From: a virus
Lineage: Duplodnaviria; Heunggongvirae; Uroviricota; Caudoviricetes
Virus record (IMG/VR): IMGVR_UViG_2695420485_000017
Strand: one strand, 5' to 3'
DNA length: 38,866 nucleotides
Position numbers and translations under genes: made by a program. Under the pieces are notes generated by a model. That model searched no databases. It was given only the letters and a program-made list of their open reading frames with translations, and had not been told where the DNA came from. The number at the start of each line of letters is the position of its first letter. The stretch's first letter is position 1. Of the stretch, positions 1 to 8,697 are shown one piece after another.

Positions 1-1167
1 TCAGGCCTTATGGTGGAAATAATCACTCAGGCGGGAAAACATGCCGCCTTCCCCGACAGATTCCAGGGTAACCAGCGGCCAGTGCGCCACCTGTTTATCA
101 CGGTCGTAAAGTTCAATTTCCCCTACCCGCTGATGGGCGCTAATTGGCGCGGTGAGCTCTTTACCATCAAGGGTATATTTGGCTTTGATATGTGGAATTT
201 CGGCTTTCGGTAGCACCATCCAGAACTCTTGTTCCGTTCCCAGGTCGATATTTTCTTTATCGCCATACCAGATGCGTTCCGTTCCGACCTTTTTCCCACG
301 GTGCAAAATTTGCACCGTAGTAAAGTTTTGTTGCCCCCAACGCAGTAATTTTCTTGCCTCTTCCTCACGACCTTTTGCACTGTCAGCCCCCATTACCACT
401 GCAATGAGACGACGCTGCCCATCTACAGCCGAAGCAATGAGATTAAACCCGGCACCAGAAGTATGACCCGTTTTCAGGCCGTCAACATTCATGGTTTTAT
501 CCCACAACAACCCGTTACGGTTTTGCTGGGTGATACCGTTCCAGGTGAGACTTTTCTCACTGTACATATGATAAAACTCGGGCTCGCCGTGGATGATAGC
601 GCGAGAAAGCACAGCTAAATCATAAGCCGAGCTATGCTGGCCAGGTGCATCCAGACCATGCACTGTTTCAAAATGCGTATCCTTGAGATGCAGCTTCTCG
701 GCATAGTTGTTCATCATTTCAACAAACTGCCGTTGCCCACCGGCAATATAGTCAGCCAGAGCAACACAAGCGTCATTTCCGGAATCCACAATTAAACCAC
801 GGCTTAAATCACGTACCGATACGCGATCGCCCTCTTTCAAAAACATCAGTGAAGAACCGACAAACACCGGATTATCTTTCGCCCACGCATCGCGCCCCAC
901 GGTGACAATATCGTCTGGCGTAATGCGATGACTATCGATAGCGCGATCCACGACATAACCCGTCATCAGCTTTGTCAGGCTGGCGGGATTGCGCTGTTGA
1001 TGCTCATTACCCGCGGTGAGGATCTGACCGGTGGTGTAATCCATCAATACCCAGGACCCGGCATGAATCTCTGGAGGCTGAGGTAAAAAAGGAATGTTTT
1101 CCGCCGCAAAACCAGACGATAAGTTAAAAACGAACAAAGAAGCAGCAATAATAAGACGGCGTTTCAA
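1..1167 (-). CDS. dacD: D-alanyl-D-alanine carboxypeptidase DacD (PBP6b)
   Basis: Full-length ORF matching recalled E. coli DacD (MKRRLIIAASLFVFNLSSGFAAEN...); probable TTG start at 1165-1167, ORF track extends to 1173. Confidence 0.9.
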   Translation of the reverse strand: MKRRLIIAASLFVFNLSSGFAAENIPFLPQPPEIHAGSWVLMDYTTGQILTAGNEHQQRNPASLTKLMTGYVVDRAIDSHRITPDDIVTVGRDAWAKDNPVFVGSSLMFLKEGDRVSVRDLSRGLIVDSGNDACVALADYIAGGQRQFVEMMNNYAEKLHLKDTHFETVHGLDAPGQHSSAYDLAVLSRAIIHGEPEFYHMYSEKSLTWNGITQQNRNGLLWDKTMNVDGLKTGHTSGAGFNLIASAVDGQRRLIAVVMGADSAKGREEEARKLLRWGQQNFTTVQILHRGKKVGTERIWYGDKENIDLGTEQEFWMVLPKAEIPHIKAKYTLDGKELTAPISAHQRVGEIELYDRDKQVAHWPLVTLESVGEGGMFSRLSDYFHHKA

Positions 1168-1375
1168 CAGCAAACCCTCAGGAGTTTCAAATAGCTGTTC
1201 TTTTTACGGAAATACTTATGAACTGGCTGGAATAAAGTGCAAGAAAATGTGACTACCCTCTCATTTTTATCTGACATGATCTGTTGCCACTCGCTGCCAA
1301 ATTGTGGCGCTAAAGCTGATTAGCACGGTGATATTTGATACTCTGGCAGACAGCAGAAATAACGGATTTAACCTA

Positions 1376-1438
1376 ATGATGAATGACGGTAAGCAACAAT
1401 CTACCTTTTTGTTTCACGATTACGCGCAACACCCCTGA
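1376..1438 (+). pseudogene. sbcB: 5' fragment of exodeoxyribonuclease I gene sbcB, interrupted by prophage insertion
   Basis: Translates MMNDGKQQSTFLFHDY, matching recalled SbcB N-terminus, then diverges (AQHP-stop); divergent to dacD as in E. coli. Confidence 0.55.
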
Positions 1439-1526
1439 GAACCGCCATGAACAAGGGTTTCATGATTTGTGATTTTAGTTTGGTACGCAATTTGGTACAC
1501 AACACAATTTTCACTTCAGCGGGTAG

Positions 1527-1573
1527 TCATCAAACTCACCATAACGAGCATCGTTGATGATGTATGTGATCAC
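1527..1573. repeat. 47-bp direct repeat copy 1 (possible integrase arm-type/att-arm element)
   Basis: tcatcaaactcaccataacgagcatcgttgatgatgtatgtgatcac; about 42/47 identical to copy at 1835-1881. Confidence 0.6.
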
Positions 1574-1796
1574 CACAAATATCACATCTGGACTAGTTCC
1601 GTCTTCATGCGCAAGTATCTGTTCACGCCTCCCTTTCTGCAAATCCTAAAGATGAGATTTTGGGGTTTTGGGATATCTTTTATCCTCAGTTCTCTATCCA
1701 TTCTTAAAAGCAGCAATGGACCATCACCGTGTGATAGTGAGACATCCGCTACGTTAAGCGCAGAGAAATGATGCAGTGGTGGGCTGATTGGCTTGA

Positions 1797-1819
1797 TGAA
1801 AAGGTGGCATAGCGCCACC
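1797..1819 (-). terminator. Rho-independent terminator candidate downstream of tailspike
   Basis: GGTGGC-atagc-GCCACC hairpin followed by TTTT on minus strand. Confidence 0.45.
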
Positions 1820-1834
1820 TACATAACCGGACAA

Positions 1835-1881
1835 TCATCAACCTCACCAGAACGCACATCGTTGATGATGTATGTAATCAC
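1835..1881. repeat. 47-bp direct repeat copy 2
   Basis: tcatcaacctcaccagaacgcacatcgttgatgatgtatgtaatcac; pairs with 1527-1573. Confidence 0.6.
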
Positions 1882-1932
1882 TCCTAAAACTTGCCGATAA
1901 GTATCAGCGTCCTCATTCACTTGGAATGGCGC

Positions 1933-1965
1933 TATAACCCTGCAGATATGGAGGACAGGGTTATA
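1933..1965. promoter_or_regulatory. Perfect 10-bp inverted repeat (TATAACCCTG / CAGGGTTATA, 13-nt spacer)
   Basis: Seen directly; no flanking T-run, so more likely a protein-binding site or RNA hairpin than a terminator. Confidence 0.35.
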
Positions 1966-2006
1966 ACGGAGGCATTGTTAACCGCCTTCCTTGGTGATGA
2001 CTTATC

Positions 2007-3464
2007 TTAAACAACAATTTTAAGGAAGTTTGAAGCATCCTTATAAATGGTGCCCGCGGGGGCGCCGTTTATCTCCTCAAGCGTTTTTACGTTCTTCAAA
2101 ACCACCTTGCCATCTTCCAGAAATTCAATGCATGGTGCGTCGTTGTTCATGTTTATTTTCAACGAACCAACAGCACTACCTCCGTTTCCGCTTATCCATT
2201 CAAGTGACGCAATAGGAAGTGCATTGCCGTTGTGATCTGTCCCTTGTAGCAAGATCATTCCAGTTCCTACCCCTGGTATTCTGATAGCTGCGCGACCACC
2301 ATCCTCTAAAACTACTTCCAAAATTTCTTTAGGATATTTTGTGTGCACCCCTACACGCGTCAGCGAACCACCACCAGGGACGACGGCAATACCTGGAATA
2401 AGCGATTCTGCAAAAAGCATCACTGAGTCTTTATGTGGATTGATTGCTGGCTTATCGTCATTAGTGCCGCTCCCTATCGCAATCGAACCACCATAAGCCT
2501 GAATATTCTTACCTACAGCAAAAGAGCCATCTCCTGCCGCGCGAGTTCGATATCCAATGGCCGCCGCACCAATGCCATCACTTGCAACCCCGCCGGGGTC
2601 TGTAGTGTATCCCGGTCTGGCTTGCGTAAAATAACCTGTTGTAAAAGCCGCCCTTGAAAGCGCTTCCGTTTCTTCACAGAATGCGGCAGATTTTGCGCCA
2701 AGAGCAATGACATTTTTCCCAAATGCAAAAGAGCAGTACCCTTCAGCATTTGGTGAGGTAATTTGATCTGGGTCGCCAGTAGCAGAACCAGCACCACCGG
2801 CAATAGATGCCACGCCATACGTAACGCAGTCATGCCCGAAAGTTGTGGTGTATACCGCGAATGACGCACCGTTTCTGTTAAAAGATACGGAGTAGTCGCC
2901 AATCATGGCTGGGTTTCCCCATGAGTTTTTTGATGGAAGCCCTCGCCAGTAGTTCTTCTCGTCATCTAGCGGCTCAAGATCAGAGCCACCAACTCTAAGA
3001 GATCCTTTTCCCTTATCAAATAACCACATCACCCCCTGAGTCAGTGATGATCCAGTTGGTCTTCCGTAGTTTACCTTCTGCCCGATCAGCTTCATTCCAT
3101 CGTCCTGAGCCAGCTCATTTCTCAGGGTGTTTGGATTATATTTAAGCACGTCAGAAAAATAGTGCTGCCGTACTCCTTGAGCATCATAAACAGCCATAGA
3201 ATGGCCTTGCACAGTTACGAACTTGGCAATCTGTCCGTTATATACCGGATATCCAGCAGCGTTAATGATGATTGGTTGAGAAACAGGAACGTGAGATCCA
3301 TCTTCGTTCTCCACATAAACCTGAATCTGGTTTTCAGGATTTACCGGGTCAGTGTCAATTTTACCGATATAAATTTTTCCATTGGCTACGGCTTTAAAAG
3401 AACGAGCCATAGTGAAGAGTTGCGAAGGCATCGATACGATCACATTGGCTGTAATGTCTGTCAT
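2007..3464 (-). CDS. Tailspike/tail fiber with P22 gp9-like head-binding N-domain and unrelated Gly-rich C-terminal domain
   Basis: First ~110 aa (MTDITANV...[13 protein letters not shown]...) resemble P22 tailspike N-terminus; ATG with GGAG RBS; last gene of late module. Confidence 0.85.
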   Translation of the reverse strand: MTDITANVIVSMPSQLFTMARSFKAVANGKIYIGKIDTDPVNPENQIQVYVENEDGSHVPVSQPIIINAAGYPVYNGQIAKFVTVQGHSMAVYDAQGVRQHYFSDVLKYNPNTLRNELAQDDGMKLIGQKVNYGRPTGSSLTQGVMWLFDKGKGSLRVGGSDLEPLDDEKNYWRGLPSKNSWGNPAMIGDYSVSFNRNGASFAVYTTTFGHDCVTYGVASIAGGAGSATGDPDQITSPNAEGYCSFAFGKNVIALGAKSAAFCEETEALSRAAFTTGYFTQARPGYTTDPGGVASDGIGAAAIGYRTRAAGDGSFAVGKNIQAYGGSIAIGSGTNDDKPAINPHKDSVMLFAESLIPGIAVVPGGGSLTRVGVHTKYPKEILEVVLEDGGRAAIRIPGVGTGMILLQGTDHNGNALPIASLEWISGNGGSAVGSLKINMNNDAPCIEFLEDGKVVLKNVKTLEEINGAPAGTIYKDASNFLKIVV

Positions 3465-3521
3465 TTAATTTGCTCCAGATACAATGAATCGCCGCAGCAT
3501 GGCTACGGTGAATTTTGGGCA

Positions 3522-3547
3522 TAAAAAAACCCAGCCGAAGCTGGGTC
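3522..3547 (-). terminator. Rho-independent terminator after ant
   Basis: ACCCAGC-ttcg-GCTGGGT stem followed by T7 on minus strand, 18 nt after ant stop. Confidence 0.7.
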
Positions 3548-3564
3548 GTTGCGTTGGTTATCTG

Positions 3565-4500
3565 TCAGTAGTTATGTACTGAAGGAGGCAATTCTTTATT
3601 CTTAAGTCTCATCCATGCGGAAAGATTCGTTGGTCCGTCTGGCTCATTAATATCAACATCTCGTGTGTGGTTTATTAAAACGTCTCTCGCCATTCCGATA
3701 ACATACGAGAATTCATGACCGTAGTCGTAGCATCTGCCGGAATAGTTCGATTGAATTTGTTTTAGCGCCGGATACAGTTCGCGGAATAATGCCTGTGAGC
3801 GGTTGGCATAATCCCATAACCATACAAGGCTGTTTGCTTCTTTTGCAGAAAGCTCGTTTGCTTTCTTCTCTTGTTTGCCGATTAACTCGCCTTCAAGCGG
3901 AACGCGAGCTGCAAGTGACAGAGCTTCGGTAAACTGCTCATCGCTGATTTCTTTGTATGAACACCCAAAATGAGATTTCAGCGACGACCACATGGTAATC
4001 ATTGCCTTCGCCTGTTTTTCTTTTGGCAGAGACTGACCGCGACTCATGACGAGTTGTTTAATGGCTTCCTGCTGTTCAGTGGTGATTTTACCCGGCAACG
4101 CCTTTTTAGCTTTGCGTGGGTTAACTACATGGCCTTTAGTCCAGTAGTCATGCAGCACGCTAAAGCATTCCTCCTGGTACTGAATCAGTTTATCGCGGAT
4201 GTCAGCTCGAACTTTCTCAGGGTTGATGCTGAACAGCCATCCATTTAACTTCTTCAAAGGAAGGCAGAGTAGCTTACGAAGCTTCCCATCAGCGGCAACC
4301 ATATTCATATGAATACAGTTGAACTTATCTAGTTGTTTCATAAGTTTTTGTTGCTGAGTACCCCAACTCATTCCAAGGTTTTCAACGATTGGCTTCATCG
4401 CAACGTATGCAACTCCGGCAGCCATGGCGGTGATAATTTGCTGACCGTTGAATGGTACGTAAGAGGTGTTCACTGCTTCTAAAATTGCTATACTATTCAT
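3565..4500 (-). CDS. ant: Antirepressor Ant (P22 immI)
   Basis: Follows arc in operon with Oarc/Omnt; N-terminus [10 protein letters not shown]... starting at ATG 4500 (ORF track extends upstream via TTG). Confidence 0.8.
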   Translation of the reverse strand: MNSIAILEAVNTSYVPFNGQQIITAMAAGVAYVAMKPIVENLGMSWGTQQQKLMKQLDKFNCIHMNMVAADGKLRKLLCLPLKKLNGWLFSINPEKVRADIRDKLIQYQEECFSVLHDYWTKGHVVNPRKAKKALPGKITTEQQEAIKQLVMSRGQSLPKEKQAKAMITMWSSLKSHFGCSYKEISDEQFTEALSLAARVPLEGELIGKQEKKANELSAKEANSLVWLWDYANRSQALFRELYPALKQIQSNYSGRCYDYGHEFSYVIGMARDVLINHTRDVDINEPDGPTNLSAWMRLKNKELPPSVHNY

Positions 4501-4502
4501 GT

Positions 4503-4570
4503 TGGTTTTTCTCCACGGATTTACTGACAACCGAAGCCCTGACTGTTCCCGCAGTTGGGGCTTCAACTTT
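4503..4570 (+). ncRNA. sar: Candidate sar-like antisense RNA covering ant RBS/start
   Basis: Plus-strand -10 TACTAT (4491-4496) inside ant 5' end; hairpin GAAGCCC...GGGCTTC at 4532-4562; arrangement as described for P22 sar. Confidence 0.35.
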
Positions 4571-4730
4571 ACGCGCCAATGCGCCCTTCCTTCTTAAAGC
4601 TTTCCATTACTCTCTGATAAATCTCAGAGTTAACAGACCGACCATTCTCTTCCGCCACCTTGCGTACCAAATCCAATACTTCTTTAGGCCACCGCAAATT
4701 GAACTGCGGCATTTTGCTCATTCCTTTCAT
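4569..4730 (-). CDS. arc: Arc repressor
   Basis: 53-aa product [53 protein letters not shown], near-identical to recalled P22 Arc. Confidence 0.9.
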   Translation of the reverse strand: MKGMSKMPQFNLRWPKEVLDLVRKVAEENGRSVNSEIYQRVMESFKKEGRIGA

Positions 4731-4744
4731 GTTCACCTCACAAT

Positions 4745-4765
4745 ATAGGTCCACGGTGGACCTAT
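4745..4765. promoter_or_regulatory. Mnt operator (Omnt)
   Basis: Perfect palindrome ATAGGTCCACGGTGGACCTAT matching the known P22 Mnt operator. Confidence 0.85.
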
Positions 4766-4769
4766 TGAG

Positions 4770-4798
4770 AATATAGTAGAGTGCTTCTATCATGTCAA
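4770..4798 (-). promoter_or_regulatory. Pant promoter overlapping Arc operator
   Basis: Minus strand -35 TTGACA, 17-nt spacer, -10 TATATT; Arc operator ATGATAGAAGCACTCTACTAT (4773-4793) lies in the spacer. Confidence 0.75.
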
Positions 4799-4820
4799 TA
4801 CACTAACTTGGAGTGATGGC

Positions 4821-5072
4821 ATGGCTAGAGATGATCCGCACTTTAACTTCCGTATGCCTATGGAAGTAAGGGAGAAATTAAAATTCAGGGCGGAGGCGAA
4901 TGGGAGATCAATGAACTCCGAGTTGTTACAAATCGTCCAAGATGCTCTATCAAAACCATCGCCTGTGACTGGATATCGTGACGATGCAGAACGACTCGCT
5001 GATGAGCAGTCAGATCTTGTTAAGAAGATGGTGTTTGATACGCTGAAGGATTTGTACAAAAAAACCACCTGA
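4821..5072 (+). CDS. mnt: Mnt repressor
   Basis: 83-aa product MARDDPHFNFRMPMEVREKLKFRAEANGRS... matching recalled P22 Mnt; RBS GGAG upstream. Confidence 0.9.
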   Translation: MARDDPHFNFRMPMEVREKLKFRAEANGRSMNSELLQIVQDALSKPSPVTGYRDDAERLADEQSDLVKKMVFDTLKDLYKKTT

Positions 5073-5171
5073 CGGTGAGTTAATTTTTGCATTTACCTGG
5101 GCCATATTGACTAATTATAAAATGAGATCAATATTTAATCGCCCAATAACTGGTGTATGTTGAGGTATATC

Positions 5172-5351
5172 ATGGCGAAAAAACCAGGTGAAAACACAGG
5201 AAAAAACGGCGGAATATACCAAGAAGTTGGCCCACGCGGCGGTAAGAAAGACAATTTTGCCACCGTCAAGGACAACGAAAGGCTTCCACCAACAACAAAG
5301 CCAGGTCATGGCTGGGTATTGGATAAGCGAACTCCAGACAGCAAAAAGTAA
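5172..5351 (+). CDS. Small YjzC-like protein, function unknown
   Basis: ATG with GAGGT RBS; own candidate promoter (TTGACT) upstream and terminator downstream; sequence MAKKPGENTGKNGGIYQEVG...GHGWVL. Confidence 0.6.
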   Translation: MAKKPGENTGKNGGIYQEVGPRGGKKDNFATVKDNERLPPTTKPGHGWVLDKRTPDSKK

Positions 5352-5357
5352 TAATCA

Positions 5358-5380
5358 AGCCGGGTCACTCCGGCTTTTTG
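5358..5380 (+). terminator. Hairpin terminator between convergent accessory genes
   Basis: AGCCGG-gtcact-CCGGCT followed by TTTTT; stop codon of the minus-strand HExxH gene sits in the loop. Confidence 0.5.
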
Positions 5381-5730
5381 ATATGTCGCTCGCAGAACTC
5401 AACAAGCCTGCTCATTAAGTAGCAGTAAGTCTCGTTGGCTCTTCCTGGTTCAACATCAACACCTACCCTTGAGCAGATATCGAATGCCATGTGAGCGCAC
5501 TCATGGGCAATAGTAGATAGTTTGCCATTGAACACGCCTATCACATGCAAAACACCATTCTCGCTACTCATTGTATGAGACGCTCCGTTGGCGTCCGAGT
5601 CATGCACGTCAACGCCAAGTTTTTGATGCAGGCGTTGCCATTCTGGAAAGTCTCTACAAAACACAATTGTACCGCTCTCAAAGAGCGGTACTAGCATCTT
5701 TGGTACGTTTCCAATGTTAACTTTTTTCAT
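5365..5730 (-). CDS. Hypothetical protein with HExxH motif (putative zinc metallopeptidase-like)
   Basis: 121-aa ORF with ATG start and motif IAHECAHMAF; no transmembrane segment apparent; family not assignable from sequence alone. Confidence 0.55.
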   Translation of the reverse strand: MKKVNIGNVPKMLVPLFESGTIVFCRDFPEWQRLHQKLGVDVHDSDANGASHTMSSENGVLHVIGVFNGKLSTIAHECAHMAFDICSRVGVDVEPGRANETYCYLMSRLVEFCERHIKKPE

Positions 5731-5764
5731 GGTATCCTGCGCAAAACTAAGGAGAGTTAATTAT

Positions 5765-6250
5765 ATGAAAAAATCACTGTTAATTATCCCGCTTCTGCTG
5801 GCTGGGTGCGCAAAAGTAAGCGACTATCAGGCAAGTTGCGAGCAACGCTATCCAAAGCTTAGTGATATGGCTAATTGCCTTGATGCCAGCGTGAAGAACG
5901 ACTCACGCATGGCATCAGCACCAACACCTAAGCTGTATGTCCTTGCTGCGAAGATGCTCGGGCAAGGTGTCGATCAAGGCAAGATAAGTGACGCACAGGC
6001 AAGACTTGAGCTTCAGAATCTTTATGTTCAATTACAAAGCCAAGAACAAGCCCAACAAATAGCACAAAGCCAAGCATTCCAGCAGGCTTTATTGAATTAT
6101 CAGGCTGTAAACACAATGCAAGCGATCGAGCAAAAAGCGCGCCAGCCTGTTATAACTCAACCTTACCCAACACGCGTTGACACATATACAAACTGCAATT
6201 CAGGATTTGGAAACACCGTCACATGCAACAGTAGCAGCAACATTAGATAA
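5765..6250 (+). CDS. Predicted lipoprotein (candidate superinfection-exclusion or envelope accessory protein)
   Basis: Strong RBS AAGGAGAG; signal peptide MKKSLLIIPLLLAGC with lipobox LAG-C; Gln-rich middle region. Confidence 0.65.
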   Translation: MKKSLLIIPLLLAGCAKVSDYQASCEQRYPKLSDMANCLDASVKNDSRMASAPTPKLYVLAAKMLGQGVDQGKISDAQARLELQNLYVQLQSQEQAQQIAQSQAFQQALLNYQAVNTMQAIEQKARQPVITQPYPTRVDTYTNCNSGFGNTVTCNSSSNIR

Positions 6251-6337
6251 AGCTATTCATTCATACCGCTTAACGAGGCGACAATACCAGCTCTCGACAA
6301 GCGATTGAATTCATCGCTACCAATAGCATCGCGTGTT

Positions 6338-6415
6338 GCAGACCAACAATCTGATATGGTTAAGAAAATTGTCTTTGATACGCTCAAAGAGCTATATAAA
6401 AAAGACAGCAGCTAA
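6338..6415 (+). pseudogene. Remnant of an mnt-like 3' end
   Basis: Translates ADQQSDMVKKIVFDTLKELYKKDSS-stop, clearly related to the Mnt C-terminus (ADEQSDLVKKMVFDTLKDLYKKTT); no upstream start. Confidence 0.45.
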
Positions 6416-6432
6416 CCATCCGTGGCTTTCCG

Positions 6433-8697
6433 TTACTTCTGGTTATCATCACTGTTCATCCAGTACATGATGCCTAGCCTTGATATGGTTTTCTTATCTG
6501 ATTCTGGAAGTGAGTTGTAAAACGAGCGCCAAGCAGAAGAGCGTCTTACAGTTGTATCAACGATGCTTTCTGGTGCTTGTTTTACTGCCAGCCTTGCTGC
6601 TTTCTGGAATTCTGGTGAGCTAATTAGCTTTTCTGCAGATTCCATTGATGCAGCGCCGCCCATCGCCCTGATTTTGCTGGCGACTTTTGCCCCAATTTCT
6701 GACCCAGCAACAGCACCTACTGCACTGAACGGTCCTGACACAGTTGAACCAACCGCAGTGCCAATGCGTTGGGCATGGTTAGCAACAAATTCATTTGCCG
6801 CAGTGACGCGATTAAACCGTTTGACGAACTCGTTTAGTCTTCCTGTAGTTATCTCGTAAGATTTTGCATCTTTGATAGCCTTTGCGACCTTATATACATC
6901 GTTCAGACCTGACATAGTCTCTTTTGGTAAATGTCGGGCAAGATTGCGCATCTGCCCGTTTGCTAACATGTTTTGATACCAGTCAGCAAACCCTGCAGGA
7001 TTAAAATCAGCGCCACGTTTTCCGTTCGAAAGCATATCCCGAAGACCTGTTCCCAGTAGCTCGGTTCTTAGCTTCCTGGACGGCGTGTTTTGCATCAATT
7101 CACGAAATCCTTTGGCATCGCCTTTCGACATTGCCTGTAGTGCTGTAGTTGCTTTGCGAGAAACATCACCGTTCAGCGTTCTGCCAGTTAGATTAATCAT
7201 TTGCTCTTCCATGCTTTTTCGCATCTGAACAAGCCTCTGAGCAACTTCAAAATCACGTAATGCATTTGTCTCTGACAGCGCCGCCTTTTGATCATCGGCG
7301 AGCGAACCGTAAAGCCTCGATAAAGCAGCGCGATCAGCATCTTTATATGGTCCAGAATTCTTATGAAGTGCATCACCAACAAGTCGTCGTTGCTTATTGA
7401 GATTTGCATAAGTTAATGCGCCGTTCTTGCCTGGATTAACTGCCCGAAAGACTCTCTTTTCAATAGGGTCAAGGTTTTTCATCCCGCCAAGATCTTCTGC
7501 CACCTGTTTGAGCATTGACCTTGTTGATGGCGCATCAATTTTTGCACCTGCAGGCATCGCCTTTTCAACATTGCGATAAAGCTGGTCGCTTCGTTTCATC
7601 AGCGCAGACATTCTTCCATTGATCGTATCAATAAACTTGTCGCTCATACCAAGAGCATCTTTTGCACCGGAAACGCGATCAATTATCTCCCCCGCGCCCT
7701 GTGCTAGTTGCCTGATTGCTTCATTTTCCTGCACCCGTAGAGCAGAACCCGCACGGGACTTGATTGCTTGCTCAACTGCCTTGTATTGCTCGTTCCCGGA
7801 AAAATGTGAAGGGAGTAATGAATCAACATTAAGCCTTTCAGCAGACTCCAGAACTTCAGCCTGAGGATTGATATCTAGTTCATCAAGCGATGAAGCGAGA
7901 TTTGGCCTTTTTTGTGCTGCTACTGTGCGGACGACCTCCTCTGGGTCCCTCGTCGCAGGCGTCATTGGTACACCTTGTGCTGCTCTTGCCTCTGCGGCAT
8001 GAACCGCAGGATTTGTTGCTGCAGCGGCATCACCGGAGAATGGTGATGTTTCTGTTGGCGCAGTACCGGAGAATGGTGATGTTTCTGTTGGCGCAGTGGT
8101 CGCTCTCTGTGCAGATGTTTTATTGCCACTAATTATATTTGATGCACCACGAACACCACGGGTAACGCCATTTATCAGGCCATGCGTAGCAATGTTAAGT
8201 CCGGCATTAATAGCGGCATTTTCGGCAAAATCACCCCGTTGATTCGCCGCGTCAGCGAGAGAACCAATGACCATGTTTCCAGCTACTCCTGCTCCAGGAA
8301 CAAGATAACCGCCTATTGACTCTCCAGCTTGAGCGTAGGGGTCTGTCGGTCTGTCTACTGGGCGATAAACATCATCCAAAACCTTGGGGCCACCAAGCCC
8401 CTGGCTGATTGCATTAATCAGACTTGCGCCACCCTGCAATACGTCAAATGGTATGTTTACCAGACCACGACCAGCCTGCTCTGCAATTTGCCCTGCACTT
8501 TGACCACCTGTGAGCCAATCGCCAGCTTGTTGCATCAATGATGGTTCTTCACGTGCTGGTTCATTATTGGCCTGATTAACTGTTTGTTGCTGAACAGCCT
8601 GACCAGCAAAATACTCATCAATGGCGGTGCCAATATCTTCCGTGCTCGTACCATCAGGGAAGGTAAATGTCTTACCGTTTGCAGTTACTTTCATCAT
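6433..8697 (-). CDS. Ejection/DNA-transfer protein, P22 gp16-like
   Basis: 754-aa ORF in gp7-gp20-gp16 order; start overlaps gp20 stop (GAATGATGA); Gly/Ala-rich. Confidence 0.75.
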   Translation of the reverse strand: MMKVTANGKTFTFPDGTSTEDIGTAIDEYFAGQAVQQQTVNQANNEPAREEPSLMQQAGDWLTGGQSAGQIAEQAGRGLVNIPFDVLQGGASLINAISQGLGGPKVLDDVYRPVDRPTDPYAQAGESIGGYLVPGAGVAGNMVIGSLADAANQRGDFAENAAINAGLNIATHGLINGVTRGVRGASNIISGNKTSAQRATTAPTETSPFSGTAPTETSPFSGDAAAATNPAVHAAEARAAQGVPMTPATRDPEEVVRTVAAQKRPNLASSLDELDINPQAEVLESAERLNVDSLLPSHFSGNEQYKAVEQAIKSRAGSALRVQENEAIRQLAQGAGEIIDRVSGAKDALGMSDKFIDTINGRMSALMKRSDQLYRNVEKAMPAGAKIDAPSTRSMLKQVAEDLGGMKNLDPIEKRVFRAVNPGKNGALTYANLNKQRRLVGDALHKNSGPYKDADRAALSRLYGSLADDQKAALSETNALRDFEVAQRLVQMRKSMEEQMINLTGRTLNGDVSRKATTALQAMSKGDAKGFRELMQNTPSRKLRTELLGTGLRDMLSNGKRGADFNPAGFADWYQNMLANGQMRNLARHLPKETMSGLNDVYKVAKAIKDAKSYEITTGRLNEFVKRFNRVTAANEFVANHAQRIGTAVGSTVSGPFSAVGAVAGSEIGAKVASKIRAMGGAASMESAEKLISSPEFQKAARLAVKQAPESIVDTTVRRSSAWRSFYNSLPESDKKTISRLGIMYWMNSDDNQK
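8053..8118. repeat. Tandem 33-bp in-frame duplication inside gp16-like gene
   Basis: ccggagaatggtgatgtttctgttggcgcagt(a/g) repeated twice, encoding [11 protein letters not shown] twice. Confidence 0.7.

Noticed and set aside
1469-1818. Overlapping ORFs of 100 aa (plus) and 78 aa (minus) between tailspike and the host junction
   Set aside because: No RBS, low-complexity translations, and the region is better explained by att-arm repeats and a terminator.
1174-2006. Possible tRNA integration target or O-antigen conversion (gtr) genes downstream of the tailspike
   Set aside because: No tRNA-like cloverleaf or gtr-sized ORFs seen; the junction is inside sbcB instead.
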